Source: an uncultured Flavobacteriales bacterium
GTDB taxonomy: Bacteria; Bacteroidota; Bacteroidia; Flavobacteriales; Blattabacteriaceae
Length of the DNA stretch: 64,000 nt
Direction: 5' to 3'
NCBI GenBank assembly: GCA_964246735.1
Contig: CAXTRI010000001.1
Location: 100,420 to 164,419 of the forward strand
The notes under the pieces were generated by a model. It made no database searches. It was not told the origin of the DNA and worked only from the letters and a program-made list of their open reading frames with translations. The first letter of the stretch is position 1; each line of letters starts with the position of its first letter. This document shows, one piece after another, positions 18,717 to 29,037 of this stretch. A program made the position numbers and the translations under genes.

Positions 18717-20093
18717 ATGTTTAATACCTTATTTGATAAGATCTGGGACTCCCATATTGTAGAGTCTATTCCTAAAGGTCCTTCAGTGTTATTTATTGAT
18801 AGGCATTTTATCCATGAAGTTACTAGTCCTCAAGCTTTCGAAGAACTTAAAACACGTGTTTTACTAATTTTTCAAAAAGAAAGAATTATTGCAACTGTTG
18901 ATCATAATGTTCCTACTAAAAATCAACATCTTCCTATACTTGACGCTCTGTCAAGAAGACAAGTTCAAATTATTTTTGAAAACTGTAAAATCAATGGAAT
19001 AGATTTTTTTGGTTTGCTTCATAATTACCAAGGAATAGTCCATATTATTGGACCAGAAATTGGTTATACTATCCCAGGAATAACCATTGTATGTGGAGAT
19101 AGTCATACTTCTACACATGGAGCTTTTGGCTGTATCGCTTTTGGCATAGGCACAAGCCAGGTGTCAATGGTTCTGGCAAGTCAATGTTTATTGCAGAAAA
19201 AACCAAAGCAAATGCGGATCCATTTGCTAGGAGCAACTAAAATAAGTGTCACTCCTAAAGATATAATTTTGTATATTATATCTAAAGTTGGAACTGATGG
19301 AGCAGTAGGTTATTTTGTTGAATTTTCTGGTAAGGTTTTTCGTAATATGAGTATGGAAGGAAGGATGACCGTATGTAACATGAGTATAGAAATGGGAGCC
19401 AAAGGAGGTCTTATAGCTCCAGATAAAGCTACATTAAATTATTTAATGAAAATAAAAATCTTACCTAATTTAATATTATTGGAGGAGGCATTGCCTTATT
19501 GGAAAACACTATATACAGAAACAGATATTTTTTTAGATAGAGAATTTTATTTTTATGCTTATGCCATTACTCCTATGATTACTTATGGTACAAATCCTGG
19601 GATGGCATTTAATATTATTAGAAGAATACCAAAACTTAACGTTGATCCTCATCAATCAATTTCTTATATGGGGTTTAAAGTCGGATATTCTCTAATCGGT
19701 AAACCGATACAATATATTTTTATTGGAAGTTGTACTAACGCTCGCATAGAAGATTTCCGAATTGTAGCTCACGTAGTAAAAAATAGAAAAAAAGCTTTTC
19801 ATGTTTTAGCTTTGATAGTGCCAGGGTCTAAAAAGGTTTTTTCTCAAGCTAAAAAAGAGGGATTAGATATAATACTTAAAAAGGCTGGATTTGAGTTTAG
19901 AGAACCTGGCTGTTCTGCTTGTTTAGGGATGAATGAAGATAAGATACCTTATGGTGCTTATTGTATTTCTACCTCTAATAGAAATTTTATTGGTCGCCAA
20001 GGCGCAGGATCACGAACTTTATTAGCCAGTCCGTTAGTCGCAGCTTTAGTAGCTATAGAAGGAAAAATTATTGATGTAAATAAAAAGTTCTAG
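18717..20093 (+). CDS. leuC: 3-isopropylmalate dehydratase large subunit
   Basis: Aconitase-family motifs 'VCGDSHTSTHGAFG', 'GSCTNARIEDF' and 'GCSACLGMN'. Confidence 0.95.
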   Translation: MFNTLFDKIWDSHIVESIPKGPSVLFIDRHFIHEVTSPQAFEELKTRVLLIFQKERIIATVDHNVPTKNQHLPILDALSRRQVQIIFENCKINGIDFFGLLHNYQGIVHIIGPEIGYTIPGITIVCGDSHTSTHGAFGCIAFGIGTSQVSMVLASQCLLQKKPKQMRIHLLGATKISVTPKDIILYIISKVGTDGAVGYFVEFSGKVFRNMSMEGRMTVCNMSIEMGAKGGLIAPDKATLNYLMKIKILPNLILLEEALPYWKTLYTETDIFLDREFYFYAYAITPMITYGTNPGMAFNIIRRIPKLNVDPHQSISYMGFKVGYSLIGKPIQYIFIGSCTNARIEDFRIVAHVVKNRKKAFHVLALIVPGSKKVFSQAKKEGLDIILKKAGFEFREPGCSACLGMNEDKIPYGAYCISTSNRNFIGRQGAGSRTLLASPLVAALVAIEGKIIDVNKKF

Positions 20094-20099
20094 TCATTT

Positions 20100-20678
20100 A
20101 TGGAAAAATTTGAACTTTTAGTCTCAAGAGCAATTCCTCTTCCCATAGAAAACATAGATACAGATCAGATTATTCCTGCACGATTTTTAAAGTCATCTTT
20201 AAGACAAGATTTTGGAAGTAATCTATTTAGAGATTGGAGGGTTATTAAAGAAAACTTTATTCTTAATAATCCAAAATATTCAGGTAAACTATTGTTAGTA
20301 GGTAGAAATTTTGGTTCTGGTTCTTCGAGAGAACACGCTGCTTGGTCTCTTTTTGATTATGGTTTTCGGGTCATAATCTCAAGTTTTTTTGCTGATATTT
20401 TTAAAGATAACGCTCTAAATACTGGGTTGCTACCAGTAGAAATCTCAGAAAAATATCTCCAATACCTTTTTAAAACAATTTATTACAATAGAAATATACT
20501 ATATTCTGTCTCTTTGGTTAAACAATTTATTAAAATTGACAAATCATTTTTTTATGATTATTTTTATTTGGAGAAATATAAAAAAATATGCCTTCTGAAA
20601 GGACAAGATGATATAGACTTTCTTATTAATTTAAAAGATAAAATAAAACTCTTTGAGGTTAAAAGTCATTCGGAATGA
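20100..20678 (+). CDS. leuD: 3-isopropylmalate dehydratase small subunit
   Basis: 'NIDTDQIIPARFL' and 'NFGSGSSREHAAW'. Confidence 0.9.
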   Translation: MEKFELLVSRAIPLPIENIDTDQIIPARFLKSSLRQDFGSNLFRDWRVIKENFILNNPKYSGKLLLVGRNFGSGSSREHAAWSLFDYGFRVIISSFFADIFKDNALNTGLLPVEISEKYLQYLFKTIYYNRNILYSVSLVKQFIKIDKSFFYDYFYLEKYKKICLLKGQDDIDFLINLKDKIKLFEVKSHSE

Positions 20679-21727
20679 TAAAGAAAATAGCAATCTTATC
20701 AGGCGATGGAGTTGGAAATGAAATTACTGCACAGTCTCTCAAAGTTTTAAATGCTATAGGAAAAAAATTTCATCATGATCTTCTTTTTCAAGAAGGTTTA
20801 ATAGGAGCTATCGCTATTTATAATAGTGGAAAACCATTACCTGATGAAACGATATCGCTTTGTATAAATAGCGATGCTATCTTTTTTGGAGCTATTGGCG
20901 ATCCAAAGTACGATTCTGATCCTCGTTCTAGAATAAGGCCAGAGAAAGGGTTACTAAATATTAGAAGCGTATTAAATCTTTTTTGTAATATACGTCCTGT
21001 TATAACATACGATGCGCTTCTAAAACGTTCTCCAATAAATACAGAAAGAGTAAAAGGAATAGATTTTTTAATATATAGAGAACTTATCGGAGGAATTTAT
21101 TTTGGAGATAAGGGAATAGCAGAAGCTAAAAAATCGTATGACTACTGTTATTATTCTTCTGAGGAAATACAGCGAATAGGGCATTTTGCTTTCAAAGAAG
21201 CTCTTGCACGTCATAAAAGATTAACATTAGTAGATAAAGCTAATGTTCTGGAAACTTCCAGACTCTGGCGTAAAACTATTCAAATTATGGCGAAAGATTA
21301 TTCTAACGTGACAATTGATTTTCTATTTATTGATAACGCAGCTATGCAAATTCTTCTAAATCCTAAAAATTTTGATGTTGTATTAACTGATAATATGTTC
21401 GGTGATATCTTATCAGATGAGGCTAGTGTAATATCAGGTTCTATAGGCCTAATACCTTCAGTTTCTATAGGAGATAAGAACGCTCTTTTTGAACCTATTC
21501 ATGGCTCTTATTATCAAGCTGCTAGAAAAAATATAGCTAATCCTTTGGCGTCTATTCTTTCAGTAGCAATGATGCTGGATTATTTTAGATTAGATAAAGA
21601 GGCGCAATTAGTAAGAAAAGCAGTTTACAATTCTATCATTTATAAAAAGTCAACTTATGATATTTCCTACTTTTATCCACTTGGGACTGAAGAAGTAGGT
21701 GATTTTATAGCTCAAGAAATATCATAA
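20675..21727 (+). CDS. leuB: 3-isopropylmalate dehydrogenase
   Basis: 'NMFGDILSDEASVISGSIGL' and 'FEPIHGS'. It has a 4-nt ATGA overlap with leuD. Confidence 0.95.
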   Translation: MIKKIAILSGDGVGNEITAQSLKVLNAIGKKFHHDLLFQEGLIGAIAIYNSGKPLPDETISLCINSDAIFFGAIGDPKYDSDPRSRIRPEKGLLNIRSVLNLFCNIRPVITYDALLKRSPINTERVKGIDFLIYRELIGGIYFGDKGIAEAKKSYDYCYYSSEEIQRIGHFAFKEALARHKRLTLVDKANVLETSRLWRKTIQIMAKDYSNVTIDFLFIDNAAMQILLNPKNFDVVLTDNMFGDILSDEASVISGSIGLIPSVSIGDKNALFEPIHGSYYQAARKNIANPLASILSVAMMLDYFRLDKEAQLVRKAVYNSIIYKKSTYDISYFYPLGTEEVGDFIAQEIS

Positions 21728-21792
21728 CAATCGTTCACAATAGTTCACAATAGTTCACAATAGTTCACAATAGTTCACAATAGTTCACAATC
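21728..21792. repeat. 10-nt tandem array (CAATAGTTCA): 1 variant + 5 perfect units + partial
   Basis: Read directly. It starts on the base after the leuB TAA (21725-21727) and ends 13 nt before tRNA-Leu. Confidence 0.95.
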
Positions 21793-21805
21793 AAAAGATT
21801 TAAAA

Positions 21806-21888
21806 GCCTGGATGGCGGAATGGTAGACGCTTTGGATTCAAGATCCAATGGTAGAAATACTATGTGAGTTCAAATCTCACTTCAGGTA
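21806..21888 (+). tRNA. tRNA-Leu (anticodon CAA)
   Basis: Class II tRNA: acceptor GCCTGGA/TTCAGGT, anticodon loop TTCAAGA, long variable arm, T-loop TTCAAAT. Confidence 0.9.
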
Positions 21889-21902
21889 CACTATACATAA
21901 AG

Positions 21903-21976
21903 TAGCGGGGACAAGATTTGAACTTGCGACCTTCGAATTATGAGCCCGACGAGCTACCAATCTGCTCCACCCCGCG
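21903..21976 (-). tRNA. initiator tRNA-fMet (anticodon CAT)
   Basis: The reverse complement reads CGCGGGG..CTCATAA..CCCCGCT-A. Position 1:72 is unpaired (C:U), and the anticodon stem ends in GGG, as in initiators, though two of those pairs are G:U here. Confidence 0.8.
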
Positions 21977-22230
21977 ATTAGACTAATATAATTCTTTTTT
22001 TTTTAAAGCAATTATAGGCCTTGTCTAAATTACACCAGGAGAATAATAAAAACTACAACTAAAAGTAGTATCAATTATAATATTGCTTGGTTGATATTGT
22101 GTGTTTTCAATTCTCTCGTCAAGATCATATACTTTTTTTTTACTTACCACTTACTTTACCACTAAGTAATATAAAAGTAACATCTAAAATCCCTATTGAT
22201 ATTTTTATGTAACTTAGAGTTTAATGTCGT

Positions 22231-24039
22231 ATGCAAAATATAAGGAATTTCTGCATTATCGCTCATATTGATCATGGGAAGAGTACTATAGCTGATAGAT
22301 TATTAGAACTTACAGAAACCATCAGTGAAAGAGATAGAAAAAATCAGCTCCTTGATGATATGGAACTTGAAAGAGAAAGAGGAATTACCATTAAAAGTCA
22401 TGCCATACAAATGGAATTTAAATATAAAGGAGGAAAATATATTTTAAATCTGATTGATACGCCTGGCCATGTAGATTTTACCTCCGAAGTAGAACGATCG
22501 ATAGCTGCTTGTGAAGGAGCTTTATTAGTCGTTGATGCAGTTAAAAGCATACAATCGCAAACGATTTCTAATCTTTTTCTTGCTATAGATAAAAATCTAA
22601 CTATTATACCAATAGTCAATAAAATTGATTTACCAGTAGCGAATACAGAAAAAGTTACATATGATATAATACAGCTTATTGATTGCAGTGCTGAGGAAGT
22701 TATATTTTCAAGTGCTAAAGAAGGCATAGGTATAGATAAAATATTAGAGGCTATTATTTGCAAAATACCCTCTCCAAAAGGAAATATTAAAGCCCCTCTG
22801 CAAGCTCTCATTTTTGATTCTTTTTATAATTCTTTTAGAGGGGTAGAAATTTATTTCAAGGTAAAAAATGGGCAAATTAGAAAAGGTGATAAGATTAAAT
22901 TTATGTCTTCTGGAAAAATATATACGGCTGAAGAAATTGGGAATCTTAGATTTAAACATATATCAAAACCTATTTTAAGAAGTGGAGATGTAGGATATCT
23001 TATATCAGGGATAAAAGAGACATTTAGTATAAACGTTGGAGATACATTTACTTGTATTAATCGTCCAGCAAAAAATATCATAGAAGGTTTTAAAAAATTG
23101 AAACCAATGGTCTTTGCTGGGTTTTATCCAGAAAAGACAGACGATTATGATATTCTTAGAATATCTATAGAAAAATTACATCTTAACGACGCTTCATTCA
23201 CTTTTTTTACTGAATCTTCTATATTTTTAGGTTCTGGCTTTCGATGCGGATTTCTAGGTCTGTTACACCTAGAAATCATTCAAGAACGTTTAGAAAGAGA
23301 ATTTGGTCTTTCTGTCATCACTACTGTTCCGAACGTATCTTATAAAATTTTTCTTAAACATTCAACAAATACGTTTTGGATAAATAATCCATCAGAAATA
23401 CCTGATATTTACAATATTGAAAGATTAGAGGAACCCTATATAAAAGCTTCTATTATTACTCATGTAAATTATGTAGGAGCTATTATGTCTCTATGTATTG
23501 AAAAGCGTGGAATGATTAAAAATCAATACTATCTAATGCCACAACGAGTAGAACTTATATTTGAAATACCTCTTTCTGAAATAATATTTAACTTTTATGA
23601 TAGACTAAAAACAATCTCAAAAGGTTATGCATCATTTGATTATATTCCATTGGAATATCGTTTTTCTGATATTGTTTTGGTAAACATCCTTATAAATCAT
23701 CAGTTAGTCGATGCCCTATCAATACTAGGACATCGAAGTAATGCATTTTCTATAGGAAAGAAAATATGCAAAAAATTACAAAATATTATTCCTAGACAAC
23801 AGTTTGATATTTCTATTCAGGCAACTATTGATAATAAAATTATTGCAAGAGAGACTATAAAAGCAGTTAGGAAGGATGTAACTTCTAAATGTTATGGTGG
23901 AGATTTCTCTCGAAAAAGAAAACTTTTGTTAAAACAAAAAAAAGGAAAAAAAAAAATGCTCTTTCTTGGGAGAGTAGAAGTTCCTAATTCTATTTTTATG
24001 TCTGTTCTTAAAATTCAAGGTGGAGGTGGAAAAGAATGA
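22231..24039 (+). CDS. lepA: translation elongation factor 4 (LepA)
   Basis: '[16 protein letters not shown]', 'DTPGHVDF' and 'NKIDL'. Has the LepA C-terminal domain. Confidence 0.95.
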   Translation: MQNIRNFCIIAHIDHGKSTIADRLLELTETISERDRKNQLLDDMELERERGITIKSHAIQMEFKYKGGKYILNLIDTPGHVDFTSEVERSIAACEGALLVVDAVKSIQSQTISNLFLAIDKNLTIIPIVNKIDLPVANTEKVTYDIIQLIDCSAEEVIFSSAKEGIGIDKILEAIICKIPSPKGNIKAPLQALIFDSFYNSFRGVEIYFKVKNGQIRKGDKIKFMSSGKIYTAEEIGNLRFKHISKPILRSGDVGYLISGIKETFSINVGDTFTCINRPAKNIIEGFKKLKPMVFAGFYPEKTDDYDILRISIEKLHLNDASFTFFTESSIFLGSGFRCGFLGLLHLEIIQERLEREFGLSVITTVPNVSYKIFLKHSTNTFWINNPSEIPDIYNIERLEEPYIKASIITHVNYVGAIMSLCIEKRGMIKNQYYLMPQRVELIFEIPLSEIIFNFYDRLKTISKGYASFDYIPLEYRFSDIVLVNILINHQLVDALSILGHRSNAFSIGKKICKKLQNIIPRQQFDISIQATIDNKIIARETIKAVRKDVTSKCYGGDFSRKRKLLLKQKKGKKKMLFLGRVEVPNSIFMSVLKIQGGGGKE

Positions 24040-24089
24040 GCAAATATCATTTGTAAAACAATTTTCTATTTTTATAAAAAAGATATGCA

Positions 24090-24380
24090 ATGTATGCAAT
24101 AATAGAATTATCGGGTAGACAATATAAAGTTCTCCCAGAGAAATTACTCTATGTTCGAGATTTAGGAGGGGAATATAAGGAAGGGGAAGAAATCACCTTC
24201 CATACTATTTTTTTAGGTAAAATTATTACAGATAAAGTACAAGTAAAAGGAAAAATTATGGCACATATTAAGGATAATAAAGTTACTATATTTAAAAAAA
24301 AAAGAAGAAAAGGATATCAGCTAATGCGGGGACATCGCCAAAACATTTCCATAATAAAAATTATCTCTATTGATTCTTGA
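24090..24380 (+). CDS. rplU: 50S ribosomal protein L21
   Basis: N-terminus 'MYAIIELSGRQYKV' and the basic motif 'KKKRRKGY'. Confidence 0.9.
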   Translation: MYAIIELSGRQYKVLPEKLLYVRDLGGEYKEGEEITFHTIFLGKIITDKVQVKGKIMAHIKDNKVTIFKKKRRKGYQLMRGHRQNISIIKIISIDS

Positions 24381-24394
24381 TTATTTAAATTTTT

Positions 24395-24649
24395 ATGGCT
24401 CAAAAAAAGGGAGTAGGAAGTTCAAGGAATAACCGAGATTCTGAAGGAAAACGTTTAGGGGTAAAAATATTTGGAGGAGAATTAGCAGAAAAAGGAAATA
24501 TTATTATTCGTCAAAGGGGAACAAAATTCCATCCCGGAAAAAATGTCTTTATGGGTAGAGATCATACATTACATGCAGCAACAAATGGTCTTGTAAGGTT
24601 TAAAAGAAAAAAAGGAAGATTATATCTAATAATTGAAGGGGTTAGATAG
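24395..24649 (+). CDS. rpmA: 50S ribosomal protein L27
   Basis: '[28 protein letters not shown]' and '[13 protein letters not shown]'. Confidence 0.95.
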   Translation: MAQKKGVGSSRNNRDSEGKRLGVKIFGGELAEKGNIIIRQRGTKFHPGKNVFMGRDHTLHAATNGLVRFKRKKGRLYLIIEGVR

Positions 24650-24712
24650 CTCAGAGGAGAGAGCAGTAGTTTCCTAAACTAAATGTCGGCGGTTCAAATC
24701 CGCCTCTAGCTT
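24640..24712 (+). tRNA. tRNA-Arg (anticodon CCT)
   Basis: Manual fold: acceptor GGTTAGA/TCTAGCT (two G:U), D arm GCTC-AGAGGAGA-GAGC, anticodon loop TTCCTAA, T arm GGCGG-TTCAAAT-CCGCC. Its first 10 nt overlap the end of rpmA. Confidence 0.8.
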
Positions 24713-26129
24713 CCGCTATAGTTTTTCGTAGTCTAGCTATAGGAATATTTAGTTTTTCTCTATATTTTGAGATTGTCCGTCTTGCTATATTATATCCCTT
24801 TTTTTTTAAAATTAAAGATATTTTTTCATCAGTAAATGGGGACTTACGATCTTCTTTATCAATCAAATTTGAAATAAAATCTTTTACTTCAAAATTAGAG
24901 ACTTCTTCACCAAACGAATGTAAAATATTTTCTGAGAATAACTCTTTCAATAAAATAGTGCCAAAAGGCATTTCTATATATTTTCTATTTACAACACGTG
25001 AAACAGTCGATATTTCCATGTGTAAAAATTCAGCAATATTTTTCAGAGTCATTGGACGTATATTTTGCTTTTCTCCGGTTAAAAAATATTCTTTTTGAAA
25101 ATTTAAAATGGCTTTCATAGTCAATAAAAGTGTTTTTTTTCTTTGTTCAATAGCATCAATAAACCATTTAGCTTTCTCAAGGTTTTTTTTTATATAAATT
25201 ACGGTCTTTTTGTTGAACTTCAACAAGGAACTAAATTGAAGCTTTCGTAGCATTTTTATATAGTAAGGAGTGAGACAAAGCTCCCTAGAATTACGCTTAT
25301 TAAAATAGAGTTCAAGTAACCCTTCTTCGATACGCAAGAAAAAATCAGGTACAATTTTTTTTGTATCAAAAGCACTGACTTCATCATACATTTTTCCTGG
25401 TTTTGGATTAAGAGATTTTATTTCATTAATGGCAGAATGAAGTTCATTATAATTCAATTTAAGACGTTCCTTAATTTTTTTATATTGTTTTTTACATAAC
25501 AAATCAAAATTATTATTAATGATAAGCTTTGCAGTTAAAATAGTTGGAGAAATTGGTTTATGTTCAAGTTGAATCAATAAACATTCTCTTAAATTTCTAG
25601 CTCCTATACCGTAAGGCTCAAGAGTTTGAATACTTTCAACAAGTCTTTCTATTTGGTGTAAATCAATCTTTTGTTCAATTACAGTAGCTATGTCATTAAT
25701 TAATTCATTATATTCTCTACGTAAATATCCTTCTTCATCTAGATTCCCTAAAATAAAATCAGCTACTATAAATTCTTCATCCGTTAGTTTGAAATGACAA
25801 AGTTGTGATCTAAGATAATCATAAATATTATTCTTTTTTTTTAGTTTGGGTAAAATATTATTGCTTCTATTATTTAGCAGTAAATCAGTTTTATATTCTT
25901 GATTATCATCTGAATTAAGAAAATTTTCTCTTTCTCTTTCATATATGTCATCATCTATAGAAAAATTCTTTTCCTCATTCATATTTTTCTCAATTTCTAA
26001 TAGAGGGTTTTCCTCTATTTCTTGCGAAATACGAGCTTCAAAAGCTAAAGTAGGGAGTTCTATTAGTTTCATAAGATAAATTTGCTGTGGAAATAATTTT
26101 TGTTGTAGCTTCTGCTTAAAAATCTGCAT
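24651..26129 (-). CDS. rpoN: RNA polymerase sigma-54 factor
   Basis: N-terminus 'QKLFPQQIYLMKLIELPTLAFEARISQEIEENPLLE' and RpoN box 'ARRTISKYREKLNIPIARLRK'. The last ~21 codons run antisense through tRNA-Arg(CCT). Confidence 0.92.
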   Translation of the reverse strand: MQIFKQKLQQKLFPQQIYLMKLIELPTLAFEARISQEIEENPLLEIEKNMNEEKNFSIDDDIYERERENFLNSDDNQEYKTDLLLNNRSNNILPKLKKKNNIYDYLRSQLCHFKLTDEEFIVADFILGNLDEEGYLRREYNELINDIATVIEQKIDLHQIERLVESIQTLEPYGIGARNLRECLLIQLEHKPISPTILTAKLIINNNFDLLCKKQYKKIKERLKLNYNELHSAINEIKSLNPKPGKMYDEVSAFDTKKIVPDFFLRIEEGLLELYFNKRNSRELCLTPYYIKMLRKLQFSSLLKFNKKTVIYIKKNLEKAKWFIDAIEQRKKTLLLTMKAILNFQKEYFLTGEKQNIRPMTLKNIAEFLHMEISTVSRVVNRKYIEMPFGTILLKELFSENILHSFGEEVSNFEVKDFISNLIDKEDRKSPFTDEKISLILKKKGYNIARRTISKYREKLNIPIARLRKTIAEARGGFEPPTFSLGNYCSLL

Positions 26130-27489
26130 TATTTGGGGTTCTTGGAAATGGAATAATATCTCTTATATTTAAAATACCAGTAACAAATTGAACTAAACGA
26201 TCGACTCCCAATCCAAAGCCGCTGTGTTTAACAGATCCAAATCTTCGGGTGTCAAGATACCACCAATATTGTTTTTCATATATATCTAAAGTCTGCATTC
26301 TGTTTAATAATAGTTCATATCTTTCTTCTCTTTGTGATCCTCCTATAACTTCTCCAATTCTTGGAAAAATAATATCCATCGAACTAACTGTTTTTTCATC
26401 GTTATTCAGACGCATATAAAATGCTTTTTCCTCTGCTGGCGAATCTAATAAAATTATAGGTCGACAAAAATGTTCTACTAAATATCTTTCATGCTCATAT
26501 TTAATAGCTAATCCCCAATGAATAGTATTTTTAATTTTAGGTTTGCTCGTTAAAATCGTTATTGCTTCTGTATAACTGAGTCTACAGAAAGAATTATCTA
26601 TTATTAACTGTAGATTTTTTAATAGCGTCTCTTCCTTACAATTTAGAAAATAGATATCTTCCTTACATCTTTTTAAGATTTTTATCAAAAGATATTTTAA
26701 AATCTCTTCAGCTAGATTCATATTATCTGTAATATCGAAGAAGGCTATTTCAGGTTCTATCATCCAAAATTCAGATAAATGCCTTAAAGTATTAGAGTTT
26801 TCTGCTCGAAAAGTAGGTCCAAATGTATAAATTTGTCCGAAGGATAGAGCTGCAGTTTCTCCTTCTAGTTGTCCTGAAACTGAAAGATAAGTTTCACGTC
26901 CAAAAAAATCCTTTGTATAATCTATATCTTGCTTAGCATCTTTTGGTAGATCGTTTAAATTAAAAAATGTTACTTTAAACCTATCTCCTAATCCTTCTGG
27001 ATCTGAAGAAGTAATAATAGGTGTATTTATGTAAAAAAAACCATGAGAATAAAAATATTCATGCACCAGAAAAGATAGTTGATGGCGAATTCGCATTATC
27101 GCCCCAAATAATTTTGTTCTAAATCTTAAATGTGCTTGCGCTCTAAGCGTCTCTGGCTTATGAAATTTAGGTTGTAAAATTGTTTTATTAATTTCGATAA
27201 CAGATATCTTGTTATAAATCTGAATTGCTGTAGAAATTACCTCTGCCACTTGTTTTTTCCCTGTACTTTCTGTAATAATTCCTCTTATTTGCAAAGCAAT
27301 CCCTATTGTAATTTTTTTTAATAGTTCTTTAGAGAAAGTTGATTCTACAATAATTATCTGTAGGTTCTCTAACGTAGAGCCATCATTTACTACAATAAAA
27401 CGATTACTTCGAAAAAAACGTACCCACCCATTAACAATAACCTCCTGAAAAATAAGGTTATTTTTTTTTAGTAATTCTTTTATTTTCAT
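26116..27489 (-). CDS. asnS: asparagine--tRNA ligase
   Basis: Class IIb motifs 'FRAENSNTLRHLSEFWMIEPE' and 'GFGLGVDRL'. It has a 14-nt overlap with the rpoN start. Confidence 0.95.
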   Translation of the reverse strand: MKIKELLKKNNLIFQEVIVNGWVRFFRSNRFIVVNDGSTLENLQIIIVESTFSKELLKKITIGIALQIRGIITESTGKKQVAEVISTAIQIYNKISVIEINKTILQPKFHKPETLRAQAHLRFRTKLFGAIMRIRHQLSFLVHEYFYSHGFFYINTPIITSSDPEGLGDRFKVTFFNLNDLPKDAKQDIDYTKDFFGRETYLSVSGQLEGETAALSFGQIYTFGPTFRAENSNTLRHLSEFWMIEPEIAFFDITDNMNLAEEILKYLLIKILKRCKEDIYFLNCKEETLLKNLQLIIDNSFCRLSYTEAITILTSKPKIKNTIHWGLAIKYEHERYLVEHFCRPIILLDSPAEEKAFYMRLNNDEKTVSSMDIIFPRIGEVIGGSQREERYELLLNRMQTLDIYEKQYWWYLDTRRFGSVKHSGFGLGVDRLVQFVTGILNIRDIIPFPRTPNNADF

Positions 27490-27731
27490 AAAACAGGAAA
27501 ATATTACTTGTTGTATAATCTGTCAACTAGCTTCAGTAACGTCAATAATTTTACATGTCTAATGGAATAAATATTCCTTTTCTTCTTTCTTCATAGGACT
27601 ATATACCATTATCTCTTTGATATTTGTTATCATTTTATACACAAATTTGTCTTATGTAAGATACATAATACAAACTAAAGAAATATAGAAGTTATTTAAC
27701 AAGTGACAGTAAGAGTGTATATTAGGGGAAT

Positions 27732-29030
27732 ATGTTACAAGCTCATTTTATAGAAGAAAATAAAGAAAAAGTAATAGAAGGCCTTAAAAAACGTTTTATA
27801 TTAGAAATAGAAGGAATGTTATCTCTAATAAAGAAAATTTTATACATATTGGATGATAAAAGAAGAATACAATTAAAACGTGATGCTTTTTTTTTTTCTT
27901 TCAATAAAATTTCCAGACAAATAAATAAACTTTTACAAATAGGTAAAAAAGAAAAAGCATCACACCTTTATATTAAATTTTATAACATAAAGAAATATAT
28001 TATTTATAGAAAAACTATACTATCTTCAGTAAGTAAAGAGCTTTTAAAAAACTTACTTCGAGTCCCTAATATTCCACACGAATATGTAAAGAAAGGCTAT
28101 TCATCAAAAGATAATGAGATTATATTTAATCATGGAAACATTAATTCCACTCCTATCAAAAAATTTTCTCATTGGGATTTGTCTAAAAAAATGGAACTTA
28201 TAAAGTGTGATTTGGGAGTAAAAATTAGTGGGTCTGGTTTTTCTGTTTTCAAAGGACAAGTAGCTAGATTACATAGAGCAATGATTGAATATTTTATTAA
28301 ATGTAATTTACAAGGAGGATATATAGAATATGCGATTCCTTTTTTAGTGAAGCCTGTAGCTGCAATATCTACAGGTCAGCTCCCTGATAAAGACGAACAA
28401 ATGTATTATATATCTCAAGATAATCTATATCTTATCCCTACTGGAGAAATACCACTAATGAACTGTTATCGTGAGAAAATTCTTAAAGAGAGTCAATTAC
28501 CTATTAAAATGACAACCTACTCCCCCTGCTTCAGAAGAGAAGCTGGCTCTTATGGAGCCAATGTAAGAGGATTAAATCGTTTGCATCAATTCGATAAAGT
28601 TGAAATAATTCAAATCACTACGCCTGAATCAGCAGATCTTTCTTTACAAGAAATGGTACAACATGTAAAAAAGATTTTAATTTCCTTAAATGTGCCGTTT
28701 CGATTACTTCGTTTATGTGGTGGAGATATGGGGTTTACTTCTGCAATCACCTATGACTTTGAAATTTATTCTTATGCTCAAAATAAATGGTTAGAAGTAA
28801 GTTCAATATCTAATTGTACAGATTTTCAATCTAATAGACTTAAATTACGCTATAAAAAACAACCGGGAGGAAGAGGAAAAACGCAAATTTGCTATTCACT
28901 TAATGGTAGTTCCCTATCTATACAACGTGTCCTAGCTATTATTCTGGAAAACTACCAAACAGATAGCTCGATAGAAATACCTGAAACATTAATTCCTTTC
29001 ACTGGATTTAAAGAAATTCTTTTTTATTAG
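27732..29030 (+). CDS. serS: serine--tRNA ligase
   Basis: N-terminal coiled-coil arm, then 'TGEIPLMN', 'CFRREAGSYG' and 'RLHQFDKVE'. Confidence 0.93.
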   Translation: MLQAHFIEENKEKVIEGLKKRFILEIEGMLSLIKKILYILDDKRRIQLKRDAFFFSFNKISRQINKLLQIGKKEKASHLYIKFYNIKKYIIYRKTILSSVSKELLKNLLRVPNIPHEYVKKGYSSKDNEIIFNHGNINSTPIKKFSHWDLSKKMELIKCDLGVKISGSGFSVFKGQVARLHRAMIEYFIKCNLQGGYIEYAIPFLVKPVAAISTGQLPDKDEQMYYISQDNLYLIPTGEIPLMNCYREKILKESQLPIKMTTYSPCFRREAGSYGANVRGLNRLHQFDKVEIIQITTPESADLSLQEMVQHVKKILISLNVPFRLLRLCGGDMGFTSAITYDFEIYSYAQNKWLEVSSISNCTDFQSNRLKLRYKKQPGGRGKTQICYSLNGSSLSIQRVLAIILENYQTDSSIEIPETLIPFTGFKEILFY

Positions 29031-29037
29031 ATCAGAT

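Noticed and set aside
22398-23081. Three overlapping minus-strand ORFs (137, 71 and 76 aa) inside lepA
   Set aside because: They lie entirely antisense to a well-supported conserved gene. Their translations are low-complexity with no recognisable motifs, so they are shadow ORFs.
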